Below are positions 47,801 through 58,700 of a DNA stretch of 64,000 bases, piece by piece (the stretch's first letter is position 1; every line of letters begins with the position of its first letter). The DNA is from Giardia intestinalis (lineage: Eukaryota): NCBI GenBank assembly GCA_000002435.2, contig CM018793.1; one strand, written 5' to 3'. Both the position numbers and the translations under genes were made by a program. Below the pieces are notes generated by a model that ran no database searches, was not told the origin of the DNA, and was given only the letters and a program-made list of their open reading frames with translations.

Positions 47801-50440
47801 TGGATGTGGACGTCTCAGAGCAATCAAGTATTGCTTGTCAAAATTGGCAACTTGAGGAAGCCGTATCCCACTATGAACATGAAACGCGGTTGCTCGGGAG
47901 ACAAACGCCAACGAAACACAGCAGTATCGAGACTTGCACGGGATCTCACCACTGAGAGATACCACATAGCCTAAGGCAGCGTAGCCCAGCTGAGGAATCA
48001 TTTCGTAGACAACAATTTTAGTGTCCGTCTCTAGATCTTCTGAAGACCAAACAGGAACGAGTGCATCCGGCTCAGAAAAGATGTATGAATCGAAACCGGA
48101 CGACTTTGAAATCAGTCCGAGCTCTAATGGGAGCACTGGCGGTATTGATTCCGCCTTGCTTGCCTGTGAAGTAATGGCTTGCGGTTCGGGTTCTTGCACG
48201 TGCTGCACATTCTTCGCTGATCCAGCACGTGGATTGCTGCTTGTCTTTGTAGTTGGCTGTTGGGGCGTAGGAGGTTTCAATGGCTGGGCGGTGGTCACTG
48301 CCTGCTTATCCCAATAGATTATGGATCCAAAGCAAGAGTAAGAGGGCTTTTTGAGGCTGGGTTCTAAAAATTGAAGCTTGTGTGTTGGAAGATCTAGAGT
48401 AGCTATTTTGACATACTCTTGTTCAATTGTAACTCCTGACATAAAATCTTTGGAGGATATCGAGGTAGCAGAGAAAATAAAGTTGAGGATAGCAGGTGAT
48501 ATGATGGGATATTTCGGAGAAGCGGATTTATCGGGCTCTAGCTCGTCGACCTTAGGGTCATTCACAAATATGAAAGGCGACCCTCGGGGAGTCACCAGTT
48601 GAACTGCTCGTGCCGTTGGTCGCACAAGCTGATCTAAATCCGCGACTTCAGACAAGTCAGAAAGAGCTGCTGATCGACTTTCCAATCTACTATCACCCGT
48701 GACACAGCTTCTTACGGCATCCTGACGTTCTGTACAAGCCGTCCCAGTTCTTGTTGTTGTTGTTGTTGTTGTTGTTGTTGCTGTCGTAGATGGCTCGTTG
48801 CCAAACGCCATCTGTGTATTGCTGCGTAGCGGAGACTCGGGTACGTTATGCAACGCTGTAGCCTCTACTCTTAAACCGAGCTGAGAAGAATAGGAGGGCG
48901 GAGGCAACGGAACATCTGTTAGTATCGGTCGTGTGAACCTATCCGCTGTAGTAACATCAGTCCTATTATCAGCAAAGCATAAGGTTGCTGCTTTTCTGCG
49001 CTCTTCAAGCATTTTGCTCTGGGTCTTAAGAAAACGGTAACAATATTCAGCTGAGTCTCTATCGTAAAGCTCTCCGATGATAGAGCAAGCATCTGTGTAT
49101 GTTATGTACTTGTTGTTCACCGTCAATACGCTGGCTGGATTTGGAGGCTCCCCCATCTCATCTCCAAGGACAACAGACACGGCAGTGTACCCAGCCGGTG
49201 CAACTGGCGCATACAGATATGTGTATGTCACTTGCTGAGGCTCCCTTGCTGCCCTGTGTGCCGCAGCCCTGGCATCATCCAGAGTGGTGCTTTCCGATGC
49301 ATATGAGATGGATGACTCACGATCATTAAGAGCTCCTTTGCTGCTATTCTTCTCTGGAGGAGCAAAGCTACTGGGCATAACGGCTACCAAGTTAAATCCT
49401 ATGCAAGGCACAAAGATCTCGTGAACGAGCTCAGGAGTGATGATAGAAGCGCTTGCATCAGCGTGGTTGGAATCACTCTCTTGGGAGAGCATTGCCAAGA
49501 CAGAGTCGTGTGGGACCACGGAGTTTTTAGTGCCTACACTATCGCCAAAGCGTGGGCCTCGTGCGGGCTTCACCAAGTACACTGTTGTTAGGTCATCATC
49601 TATCTCTGGAAGGTCATCAATGAAGCGGCTTGTAAGGCCAGATTTGGAAAAGCGGCTCATATTCATACCACCGGCCATACTAGCCGAGGAAAGGCGGATG
49701 GATCGGGACGAACCTATCTTAGGAGTTGCGATAGAGCGAGTGGACTTGGAATCAGTGTCACTTATGACTTTGTACAACGTAAGCCTAAGTAGGACATGCC
49801 TATCTACCGCAGGGTCCACCCGGCGGCTCTTTGGTCTCGGAATGTAGTCAAATAGTCGCGAAATCACTGGGATGTCTCTTACAACAGCCTGTCTTTGGAG
49901 CGAAAGGAGGAACATAGGATGAAGAACTGGAAGATAGTTGTTCACGCTGAAGCTGAAGTAATGAGAGCGAATTAGGCTGAAATTTGGAGTTATCGGAGAG
50001 CGAAGTATAAGATACGAGAAGGAGTTGATGTCATCTTCTTGTGGTTGAGCCGCAAACTCAGACCGTATGCAGTAAAAGTTGTCTGGGGGGTGCTCGGTAA
50101 TTGAGACGCAAAGTCCGAGCGCTGTGAAGCCGGAAGGCGGCACAGGAAGCCATATGCGCAGGAAAGAATTCGTCACGGTTCCCAATAAACGTGCTTCAAA
50201 GAGAAGACGAAATGATAACGGCTTAGTGTACATAGTTCCATAAGTTTGGCTGATAGGGTTTATTATCAGTATTTGAGTACCAATTGTATCGCTAGGATCG
50301 ACTCGAAGAAGGTCATAGAAGTAGCCAGAACCACGCGGAAGAACCGGTCTATTGAAGCACAAAATCTGATCCGAAAGAGACCCTTCAATTCTTCCTATCT
50401 CAGTAGATATGTTAGTCAATGTAAAAGACGCAGTGTACAT
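44897..50440 (-). CDS. giant hypothetical protein (1847 aa) with poly-Thr tract
   Basis: Continuous 5.5-kb ORF from ATG (cat at 50438-50440); its stop lies 45 nt upstream of the tubulin ATG. Contains T9 encoded by (ACA)n and Ser/Pro-rich linkers. Confidence 0.8.
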   Translation of the reverse strand: MYTASFTLTNISTEIGRIEGSLSDQILCFNRPVLPRGSGYFYDLLRVDPSDTIGTQILIINPISQTYGTMYTKPLSFRLLFEARLLGTVTNSFLRIWLPVPPSGFTALGLCVSITEHPPDNFYCIRSEFAAQPQEDDINSFSYLILRSPITPNFSLIRSHYFSFSVNNYLPVLHPMFLLSLQRQAVVRDIPVISRLFDYIPRPKSRRVDPAVDRHVLLRLTLYKVISDTDSKSTRSIATPKIGSSRSIRLSSASMAGGMNMSRFSKSGLTSRFIDDLPEIDDDLTTVYLVKPARGPRFGDSVGTKNSVVPHDSVLAMLSQESDSNHADASASIITPELVHEIFVPCIGFNLVAVMPSSFAPPEKNSSKGALNDRESSISYASESTTLDDARAAAHRAAREPQQVTYTYLYAPVAPAGYTAVSVVLGDEMGEPPNPASVLTVNNKYITYTDACSIIGELYDRDSAEYCYRFLKTQSKMLEERRKAATLCFADNRTDVTTADRFTRPILTDVPLPPPSYSSQLGLRVEATALHNVPESPLRSNTQMAFGNEPSTTATTTTTTTTTRTGTACTERQDAVRSCVTGDSRLESRSAALSDLSEVADLDQLVRPTARAVQLVTPRGSPFIFVNDPKVDELEPDKSASPKYPIISPAILNFIFSATSISSKDFMSGVTIEQEYVKIATLDLPTHKLQFLEPSLKKPSYSCFGSIIYWDKQAVTTAQPLKPPTPQQPTTKTSSNPRAGSAKNVQHVQEPEPQAITSQASKAESIPPVLPLELGLISKSSGFDSYIFSEPDALVPVWSSEDLETDTKIVVYEMIPQLGYAALGYVVSLSGEIPCKSRYCCVSLAFVSRATAFHVHSGIRLPQVANFDKQYLIALRRPHPFAPLSNKDHSGMAYFNLTRFSDNDAQKAMKVLDFPPVSSTVWIIKAQLLTAVSSQRQPKIGEQNEQNNVSTLVEAFRAMPLSFELTLELLQDSTGQIIVDERFECGSPGVNRLASLLQEISELKKPGLLLTTKSIITTTATSADNQAVVENSTMKVPKEKQALHGEVEGASKLPRTTSGKRPDGLPPSSASEPPPPREGSLENASMKQCLATLVDPRWLTFGTRHVSTSLDLIPVVRNTLPNAVSTTSNGSFARPAEVCYLATVQIGTTQCLVFRPVPFPNYISLGEVVVPLQFLSMTHTLGDAFQVALTTGFTSKLSQEQNASMKERQTSISFLEAVLQRCLLCVHLSLCEYVTLKAVRPAELDLAAALFSAPIVDNSNMHTTLSGVSCVTDTSKQHNGQTVSSIKTSLCPSDSAKTSTLNLTTLGDAPATKQRDPTQLSPQGAPFVGLSQENVENVRLNSGRFTPSRAKSHGSTKVHQRLDFLELYDDIDLPETENLAVAPPRPSTRGNNALILQQAQDLRSCFDIGHVEQYSSQQSDIRLDPSSDLYADFAGHESLPGHPVSTGVLTLLADGYREDEGNGCWLYSDGVHIFASLSPQKELSIPRLKASYLNQLTRKLLISKGEELHLLKAKENDQTMKDQTERGELASLKSGSKTFSTTKKQGPEQTPLCQLDCLIDIPYDGIYYWMDPLPAYSLLCACLAADGKPSKEVGLELEIRAFDEGVQKDLVSACMVSLSSLHMVSYEQPLSAEKLLSACPPIQQQDGTRKGKQGEAKKSARPLGPVIHKNIIINTPASRLDGMPDPMKPSVDVEDLAAKHSANAKLLRALFEICDALHATEQFKLMGRETILSFRSPQGYVLVSDKVPVMRTNEVAKPAFLGIGEDVTPGWFLIFEKVLARCAGSYITLHNMTPVELVLLVFQFIGFVPSKAGSSRHGVRIYYTPTEASLVNFSPESVELLLEQKTI
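48751..48780 (-). repeat. (TTG)10 microsatellite = (ACA)n coding poly-Thr
   Basis: Perfect ttgttgttg x10 on the plus strand, read as ACA (Thr) in the 1847-aa minus-strand ORF (TTATTTTTTTTTRT). Confidence 0.9.
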
Positions 50441-50511
50441 GAGTGTTTTGGGACGAGTGCCAAAAGAAAAAATCAGCTTTTTAGATTTTGCGTTGAGGAG
50501 AAAGCGTGGAT

Positions 50512-52773
50512 ATGACTGCCCCCGCTTTGCGCCTCGTTCATGCCTACGACTCTGGGAACGCCATCGACTTTAATATCTCAGATCCCTTCACTCACCCCGA
50601 CCATCAGATTCTAGCGCGGGAGATTTCTTTTAGGTGCAGACACGACAACGAAGGAACGCCTCATCAAGTCAGCTTCAAATCCTGGTTTAATTTTTGCATC
50701 TTCTCACCCTCGTCCCAACCAATATCAGAGCAACTACTCAGCTTTCAATGGCTCAATCCACCTCCAACTAAAAAGCTATTGATCCATGGGTACAGACCTG
50801 TGTTTCGCTTCTTAGACGCCCATCACAAGCCCCTATTGGTCAAAGTGCTTGAGGCACAGGATGCAGGAGGGACCGACTATGAAGTCCTCTTGCCATCACA
50901 TAGAGAGGTACTCTATAGGCCACTTGATACTCGCTGCATGGGAGGAGGTACTGGCAATGCTGATAAGAACTCCCAGTCTTTGCTGTTTTCGATCCGTGTC
51001 CCTAAGGGGACACATGCAGTCCAGGTCAGTCACAGCTATCCATATCCCCTCAACGAGGTTTATGCGCGGCTGGACAGCATTACTAAGCCGTGGGTGACAG
51101 AAAGAGTTCCTTTAAAGGGCAACGTTTGGCTCTACAAGGTCTGCAAGAACGAGGCGTCCAAGCAAAAACCCATCATTTATATCAGCGCACGCTGTCACCC
51201 TGGAGAGGCGCCTGGAAGCTACGTGCTTGACGGGCTTCTGAGCTCGTTGGAGGTACTTCTAGACATGTTTCAATGTTGGATTGTCCCCGCTATAAATGCA
51301 GAAGGGATTCGGGTCGGAAACTATCGTGCTGATACCAAAGGAAACAACTTAAACAGATGCTATAGCAAGTCGGAGTATCCTGACCTGATCACAGCTGACA
51401 TTATCAGAATGGTCAATCAGACCGAGTGTAACCCGGGCTATGTGCCGGATGTCTATGGCCCACTTAAGGACCTCATGGACCCTATTCTCAAGACAAAGTA
51501 CTTTGAGCAAATGGGCACATTTTCGGGGAGTAGTGACGTCGATGACGAGCGCTGCCAAGATACTACCGGTATCAGAACATTAACCTTCACACAGAACTCA
51601 CAGGGCCAAAAACGGAGAAAGTGTAGCGATAGGATGATAGAGTCAGATGAAAGTAATTCCGAGGACACCTCAGATGTGGATATTAGTGTTGAGAGTAGGC
51701 CCTCTGCCACGACGTCAACATCGTCGTTAGAAAACGCCACTGCATTTGAGATCTCTCTTTCCAACGGAAAGCAGAAGACCCGAAGAATAGTCAAGCCGAT
51801 TAAGAAGGCAAAGGAGCTAGCAGATCATAGATCCACCTCATCTGATCAAAGCGATAAGGATTCCAGGCACAGTACGGCCAAAAAGAACAGTTCTTACTAT
51901 CCTTCGAAGGTGAAAGTGAGTGCTCCATCTGCATCTAAACCTCAATTCAGCGGAAGGCTCCCGCCGCGAAGCGCAGGTGGTGACAGCAGGAGATTTCCTG
52001 CTGAGCAATCACCACATTCTCTCGTGCCCCTCACAAATAGCTCTTCGTCCCCAACTACATTGTTCTCCAACAAGGACAAAGCAGAACACGCATATCCGCT
52101 ACACCAGCCCACGGCCGGGTCTCAGCTCATTAAGTACAGCAGAAAACCCCAAATAATATTCTGCCTGGACATTCACTCGCATGCTAGCATACCAGATTGC
52201 TTTCTATTTGGTAATTCTGTCTTTGAAAACGGGCTTCCAAGCGTCCCCAAGGATAAGCTCTTTTTGGGTCAACTGAGGAACATCCTGTTTGTAAGTTACC
52301 TCGCCGGCCTCGACTCCACATTCAATGTCAGCAAGTGTGACTTCAAGCCTGACTCTATGACCAAGGTGGACAGGGCAGGGGAAACGTTTGAGTATACCAT
52401 GAGAGTGGGTCTTTATGCAGAGACAACGCTCCCCACAGTGTATTGCTTTGAAAGCCACTATTATCGAAAGTCTCGCGATTATGCCAAGAAGCCGTTCACG
52501 GTCCAGGACTTTCTCTCTATGGGAGCAAATTTAGCCAAAGCAATTCAAAGCTACTACGAATTCACTCCCGATAAAGCGCTCACATACCTCAGACGATTAG
52601 AGCACAACATACACATCGGTTACAGTGCACAAAAGATGCTTGCAGAACTCCGCCAAGCTGCCGGCGGAGAGTATCTTGTGATGCTTTATAGGGCTATATA
52701 TGACCAGCTGGATTATCAAGTCAACGGGGCACTGCGACAGGCAAGGCAACAGGACAACAAAGTAGCTAAGTAG
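50512..52773 (+). CDS. M14 zinc carboxypeptidase of the cytosolic carboxypeptidase (CCP/Nna1, tubulin deglutamylase-like) type
   Basis: ARCHPGEAPGSY (H-x-x-E zinc ligands), INAEGIRVGNYRADTKGNNLNRCY (N-R substrate-binding, parallel to CCP NPDG...DLNR) and FCLDIHSHASIPDCFLFG (third zinc His). The track start is GTG; ATG is at 50512. Confidence 0.75.
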   Translation: MTAPALRLVHAYDSGNAIDFNISDPFTHPDHQILAREISFRCRHDNEGTPHQVSFKSWFNFCIFSPSSQPISEQLLSFQWLNPPPTKKLLIHGYRPVFRFLDAHHKPLLVKVLEAQDAGGTDYEVLLPSHREVLYRPLDTRCMGGGTGNADKNSQSLLFSIRVPKGTHAVQVSHSYPYPLNEVYARLDSITKPWVTERVPLKGNVWLYKVCKNEASKQKPIIYISARCHPGEAPGSYVLDGLLSSLEVLLDMFQCWIVPAINAEGIRVGNYRADTKGNNLNRCYSKSEYPDLITADIIRMVNQTECNPGYVPDVYGPLKDLMDPILKTKYFEQMGTFSGSSDVDDERCQDTTGIRTLTFTQNSQGQKRRKCSDRMIESDESNSEDTSDVDISVESRPSATTSTSSLENATAFEISLSNGKQKTRRIVKPIKKAKELADHRSTSSDQSDKDSRHSTAKKNSSYYPSKVKVSAPSASKPQFSGRLPPRSAGGDSRRFPAEQSPHSLVPLTNSSSSPTTLFSNKDKAEHAYPLHQPTAGSQLIKYSRKPQIIFCLDIHSHASIPDCFLFGNSVFENGLPSVPKDKLFLGQLRNILFVSYLAGLDSTFNVSKCDFKPDSMTKVDRAGETFEYTMRVGLYAETTLPTVYCFESHYYRKSRDYAKKPFTVQDFLSMGANLAKAIQSYYEFTPDKALTYLRRLEHNIHIGYSAQKMLAELRQAAGGEYLVMLYRAIYDQLDYQVNGALRQARQQDNKVAK

Positions 52774-52788
52774 TGGAGTCGACGGCCG

Positions 52789-55700
52789 CTATGCAAGAAA
52801 GCTTGCCAGTTTCTCATTAACCTCTTTCCATACAGTGTGCTCAACGACCCTGAGATATGACATCTGGTATCCCATGCAATAACGACGTGCATGATAGTCA
52901 TGCTTCAGCTCGGGTCTCGAAATAGATAGTGGCGTTATCTGACGCACTACACGCTCCATATCAATGGATACCAAGAGGCCTCTCATAGGTTCAGTGAATC
53001 CGCCCCTGATCCATCGATGGAGCTCTTCTGGGTCAGGTGGCTGAGATGATGATTCAGGAAGCCTTGCTTTTACGTTGCACACGTCACCTATTGTTACCGA
53101 CGGCAGAGGAAATGCCCCCTGCATATTCGTCGCTATCATCTTGGTAGGGTCATAGTCTCCATGGCCAATATGAAGCTCTAAATCATTGGCGCACAGCGTT
53201 AGCCAGGCGTGCCCGTGATCTTCTAGACACATGCTGTCACGAAACTCCGCCAGTACGTCTACCGATTGGACGAAGAAGCCTGCCAGGACGGCAATCATCG
53301 CTCGTCGCATAGCCTTGGAAAGGTTTATGCTCCGTCCATGCAGAGAAATCGTGTAAATCAAGCGGACCCCATATACGTCCGCTGACGTCGCTGCACAAGT
53401 GGCAAATAGAGTCCGAAAGATTCTAAGGCGACTCGCGGGACTATGCCAAAGGAGGGTAAGACAAAATGTTACATATGTTCCCACTGCGTCTACCAGGTCG
53501 GTCGTGTGAATATGAGATAACACCGCAAACAACTGTTCTCCGTGATCATGTATCACACTGAGTCCTGATGAGTCACCAAGCACGTAGTTGTAGTATTCCA
53601 TCAACATACCTAAAATACTTACAGTTATATCGGGGGAATAGCCCCTAGAAATGTCTTCATCTATATATGGGGTGACGCGTTCCAACAAGCGTATTATCGA
53701 CTGTTCCATTGCAAGGGCTGCCTGGGTGTCAACCCCTATCCCAAAGGATAAATTCGCATTACTGAGTAACAGCTTGAGCAGCTTGGAAAAATCAACAGAG
53801 CGAAGAAGTACTAAGATTTCTGCGGGGGCCTTGGCAAGATGAGATAAGGCCTGCAGACATTTTGAAATGAAAATTAAGCTGTTGTGGTCCAGCGACCGGG
53901 CATTCCGAGACACAGATAGAATGGACGCCACTTCAGCGCAAAATGCCTTAATAGCGATACTGGGATTGCTCACTGCAATTGTATCTTCAGGACCTCCCGC
54001 GCACGCAGCAAGATACGCATCCAGATACACCCCGCCGATATATGCCTTGTTATTAATTGCACGCTGAAGAGTCGGGATAGAGAGGTAACTTACTGCAGGA
54101 GGACTCTTCACCAGTTCAGAGCCGCTACCTTGGAAGGATGACAGGAAGGAGCTGCAAAGACTGATCAACTCATTGGTACAGTGTGCTGACCAATAAAATT
54201 CTGGTGACGAGATCTCGGTCGTCAACAAAATCTTAGAGAATGATACGTGATCATGCTCAGCGAGAGACAGGACAAGGGGAGGTGGTAAAAGACCCATCAA
54301 CACCGGATTCTGTGCACGTAGAAGAAACCCACATATCTCTATGGTCAGAAGAAGCACGGGTGGGACACCCTTTGCATCTTGATCAGTCATGCGTGATGCA
54401 TTCTGAAGCAAAAATCTTAGTAAATGCACATGAATTGCACTCGAGGCCGCTGCATCGGGATTAATGAAAAGCACCATCTTGAGGATCAGTGCGCACAGGA
54501 CCGGTCTGGGATAAAGCTCGCTGGCCCACGGTACTTGAAGAAGATTTTGCTTAACGGTGTTTAGAGTTGCGGGGTCATGAATACTGAAGGAGTCAAGCAT
54601 GGATAGCCCTCCACCACTCTCGCTATAATGGCGCATGTATGCAAAGGTAGCTGAATCAGTAATGCTTTCATCAAGAGCTCCCTTGAGTATAGCTGGAAGA
54701 TAGGGCGCTATGACAGGGAGAAAAATCGTAGGGTCCTCAATACTGAGGACGTGGATAAGGAAGGCAAGGACAAGCTCGCTAAGCAAAAGCTGCTCTTGGC
54801 TCTCAATAATCGTGAATCCTATATAGCAAAGCATCTTCAGAAGAGACGTGCGTGTGGGTTCTTGGATCTGCGTATACAAATGGGAGTCTGTGTAAGCCAC
54901 ATAGAAGACCGTAGATAACATAGCATGGAGAGGGATGAGACTTCCAACATATTGGTAAAACGCTGTAATTAGATTGAAGTCTCTGGAACTAGAAGCACAA
55001 GCATAGATCGCTTCTAAGGTGTGCAGCATATCACAGACATATTGAGACGCGCTAAGTGTTTCAGAAGACCCTTTGCTCAAAAAGCTAAGGGTCTGGAGAG
55101 GAGTGCCTATGTTAACCTGACCCTTTGATAGATTGAGCTCGACCATCATTCCGAGTATGTTGTTAATATGATATCCAGAGATCAACAGACGCGCGGGATA
55201 CTTCGCTAACTCTGTGAATTCTCTTTCTGCGATGTCGAGCATCTCCTCCAAAGTACAAACGCAGTGTGTCTTATCTTGCTGGGACTGATAGCCACGCAGC
55301 AAGTGACCGAAATACAGAATAACTCGGTCTCTATAGTCGGCATCAAAGGCGAATCGGGGACCGTAGTAGCTACCTTTCATAATTGTCAGGAGCCTCGGGG
55401 CTTCAATTCCCCCGGTTGCTACGGAGTCGACATACGATGTGCCGAATATGCGGATGAAACGCCGAATATTGTCAGAGAATACACTACTGATTCCACAGGT
55501 GAGTCCAAGAAGCTGCGAGAGGACATCTGCAAACTCAGTGACAGAAAGGATGGTCCCGGTGAAAATATAGATCATGATTTGCGGGGCCAGTGCGACATCA
55601 ACGTGCGTCCTGATAGCTTCTAAGTAGTAGTGAATGACAGACACCACAATCAGTGTCCTCAGGTAGGACTGATTGCTGGCGTTCGTGATGAGAGAATCCA

Positions 55701-58700
55701 GATCAACGTGCGGATTCACGTAGGAGATGTTAGATGGAGTGTACAAGGACCCGACAAGTCTCCCCAGCACTTGATCTAAGGAGGGTGTTGGCCCCTTTAA
55801 AAATCTACACTTGCACTCGATAGTTTTTAGTGCGGTGATCGCCATGTACAGATACACGAGTGTGCCTGTGACCCCGTCCTGCACGCCATTGGATGATTGA
55901 GAAGAAAATAAGACAGTTGGGATGAGCGCGGATACCAGGTCTGCACAAGTGGCGACAAACATCCGTAGCTGCGTGTTCAAGAAACGCAGGGACATAGACA
56001 GCGTCCTGACACAAACGGAACTAAACGCCTCTCCCGCCCATCCGTCATCGAGCAAAGAGTTTCCTCCCATGATGATGTCTCCTAACTTCATCTGGGACAC
56101 TTGGAGACAGACAGCCATGTACTGATGGAAGATAGGATATGAAGGGCGAAATGCTCCGTTCTTGACATAAGTAGAAAAAGCGAGTAATCCGTCCCCAAGG
56201 GCCCTTACCAGTAGTATCAAAAGGATAGAGAGTCTCCTCAAAAGATCTGTCTCAGACATACGGTTCTGATTGATGAGATCAGGGTGCTGAAGGAAAGCAG
56301 AGTCTATCGACGTCATCCCTACCCTATCGATCTTGGCACTGGCGCTCTGCAATTCCTTCCTAAGCTTACTCTCTGTTGCCCGCATCTCTTCTGTCCTATC
56401 TAGCCCCACTTTTAAAAGGTCGATTGCGCGAATACAGCATAGGGATGTCATCTCGTGCAACCCTTCTGTTTCGAGACGGAGCAGTGGGGGAAGAGTGGAG
56501 CAAGAGTGGATATGGTGCGTTACAGGAGTAGCCTCTGCATCACGGTCAAGTTGGCAATCTCTGGTGACCTCCTCGGACATGTGATTGTATAGGGCGTTAA
56601 GCTCTCCAACGCTAAGAGACAGTAATGTCTGTAAGAAACTGATCAGATCGGTTATGGACAGAGCCACATTTGTCGCAGTCCTGGATATAGAGCGCAGTAA
56701 GGAAGTGTATATGCCTCCTGCAAGGCTGGCCTCTATTTCGCGAATGCAAGGATAAGAAGAAATAGATGGAAGATCCAGTTGGCTCGACATTCGTGTCGAA
56801 GAGTTGTACAGATAACACCCAACGGGCTCTCCGGTTTGCTTGGAAAACTCTATGTTATGAATATGCGGAACACAGCACCACGGTCCCTGGGTGTACTCGC
56901 CAAAGAATCGTAGATAGCTTATCCTGTGGTGTTCATCTACGCTCAAGAGCGCTGCCCGTAACGGCTGCTGCCAGGAGTAGAGTGCTGAATAGAGATAGTG
57001 ACGCATCTCATGGGTCCACACAACGTTGATTTTGAAGGTTTCATAGGACGTAAAGGTCTCTGCCGCATCTGAGGCCCTTTTAGAACTCAGCAATAGGAGG
57101 GCAAGAGGCTCGGGGAGCAGCGACTTGACACATAAAGCAACGCTATTCGAGGCCAGACTCTCCCCTCCAACAGTTCGTGAGCACGATTGGTAAAGCTCCT
57201 GCAAAAGAAGGACAGCATAGCTGTTGGGCTCTAGTCCATGTGTATTCGATAACAAGAAGTGGATCACCCCACACTCTACCATCGACTGCGCAATCTCCGA
57301 ATCTCGCTTGCAGAGCTCCCTCAATAGCTCGCACGTCTGGGTAAAGATTTTCTGAATAATTGCTACTTCTGCTGGAGAAGAGTGGACAGCGCTGGCGACA
57401 TCAGAGCCTGTCTTGTAGCAGACAAGGTCAAAGCGCTCCTTCTCCAAGAACGCTGATGAGGTGCTAGGCGCTTGGGTCTCGAGGAGAAGGTTGGCAAAAA
57501 TTGGCAGAAAAGCGCGGCTAGAAAGAGTTTTCTTGTATCGGGGCACCGGAATAAGAATGCGTCCCACCTTATCTGTCATAGCTTGGGACTGAAGGCACCC
57601 CAAGATGACCCTTAGAGAAATATGTATTAGCGAGCCATACGTGTGAGCCGCAAGGATGGTCTCTGGATCAACAGACAGACAAAGATTCTTCTCCTTGTTG
57701 CAGCTTATCAAGGGCAGGATGTACGAAGCAAGATAATAATGCAGCCCAGTACTTGCAGCGTCAGCATATTTGGCTGCCAGCTGAGAAGCAGCAACCTCAA
57801 TCAGAGACAAGCATAAACCTGCAAGTCCATAGTCGGCCACAGTCAAGAGGCGGATTGTCTCTGTAGCAAGCTCCATCAACTGAGTGAACCGAGAGCTGGA
57901 GTTGATGAGGATGAGGGTGATAGCGAAGATCAGGGCGGCGCGAATAGATCTATCGTTGTCTCGTAAAAGAATAAAATGGGAGAAGTAGCTAGAGACAAGC
58001 GTATCTAGATTTGTTGCCTTGATGGCTTCACCAGTACCAACAGATTCTCGAGATCCCGTCTTCACGTCTAGGGTCAGGGTAGATAAAAGCTCCTGCTGAA
58101 AGTACCTACCGCTGACGCATTCCTCATGCATTTTAAGAGATATATAGTGCCAAAGAACGTAAGACAGATAGTAGCCGTTGAACTGGACGTCAAAGGATGT
58201 TAGAGGAAACAGGCTTTTCCCACGGAGATCTACGTGGAAGGCGTCCACGTTCCAGCTGAGCATAGTGCCGAGGACGGGCCTGTTTGTTACAAGGACCTTC
58301 CTCAAAGCGTCGTGTGGCATTGAAGAGATGTGCTTTTCAGCCTCTGCATATAGTAATGTGAGCTCCTGGATAAGCAGCATGCTAAGATTCGCTCGAACAG
58401 ACTCGTCCCAGACGATGTCGAAGGAGTAGCTCTTAGTGGGCAGGAGATTTAAGAGGTCCTTCCACTTCTCCAAGGGGCCCGGAAACGGCAGCAGTACATA
58501 GCTTGGGCCATGCTCTCGAACATAGGAGAGGTGAGTTGCAGTTCCCAAGTGAAAACAGGCTTTGCCGCTGAGGAGGTTAGATGTGCTTTTGCTCCCTGCC
58601 TTATATGATTGTAAAGACATAGAGGAAAGTTGAGACGACAAGATGCTGCTGAGAAAGGGCATGGGGAAGACTGCGTGAACAAGAGACCGAACAGTGGCGT

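Noticed and set aside
56000-57000. HPD tripeptide (LQHPDLINQ) in the 2911-aa protein as a possible DnaJ/RME-8 J-domain
   Set aside because: The flanking sequence lacks the J-domain helix II/III pattern (no Y/F-x-x-LGV, no KAYRKLA-like helix), and the N-terminus does not align to RME-8.
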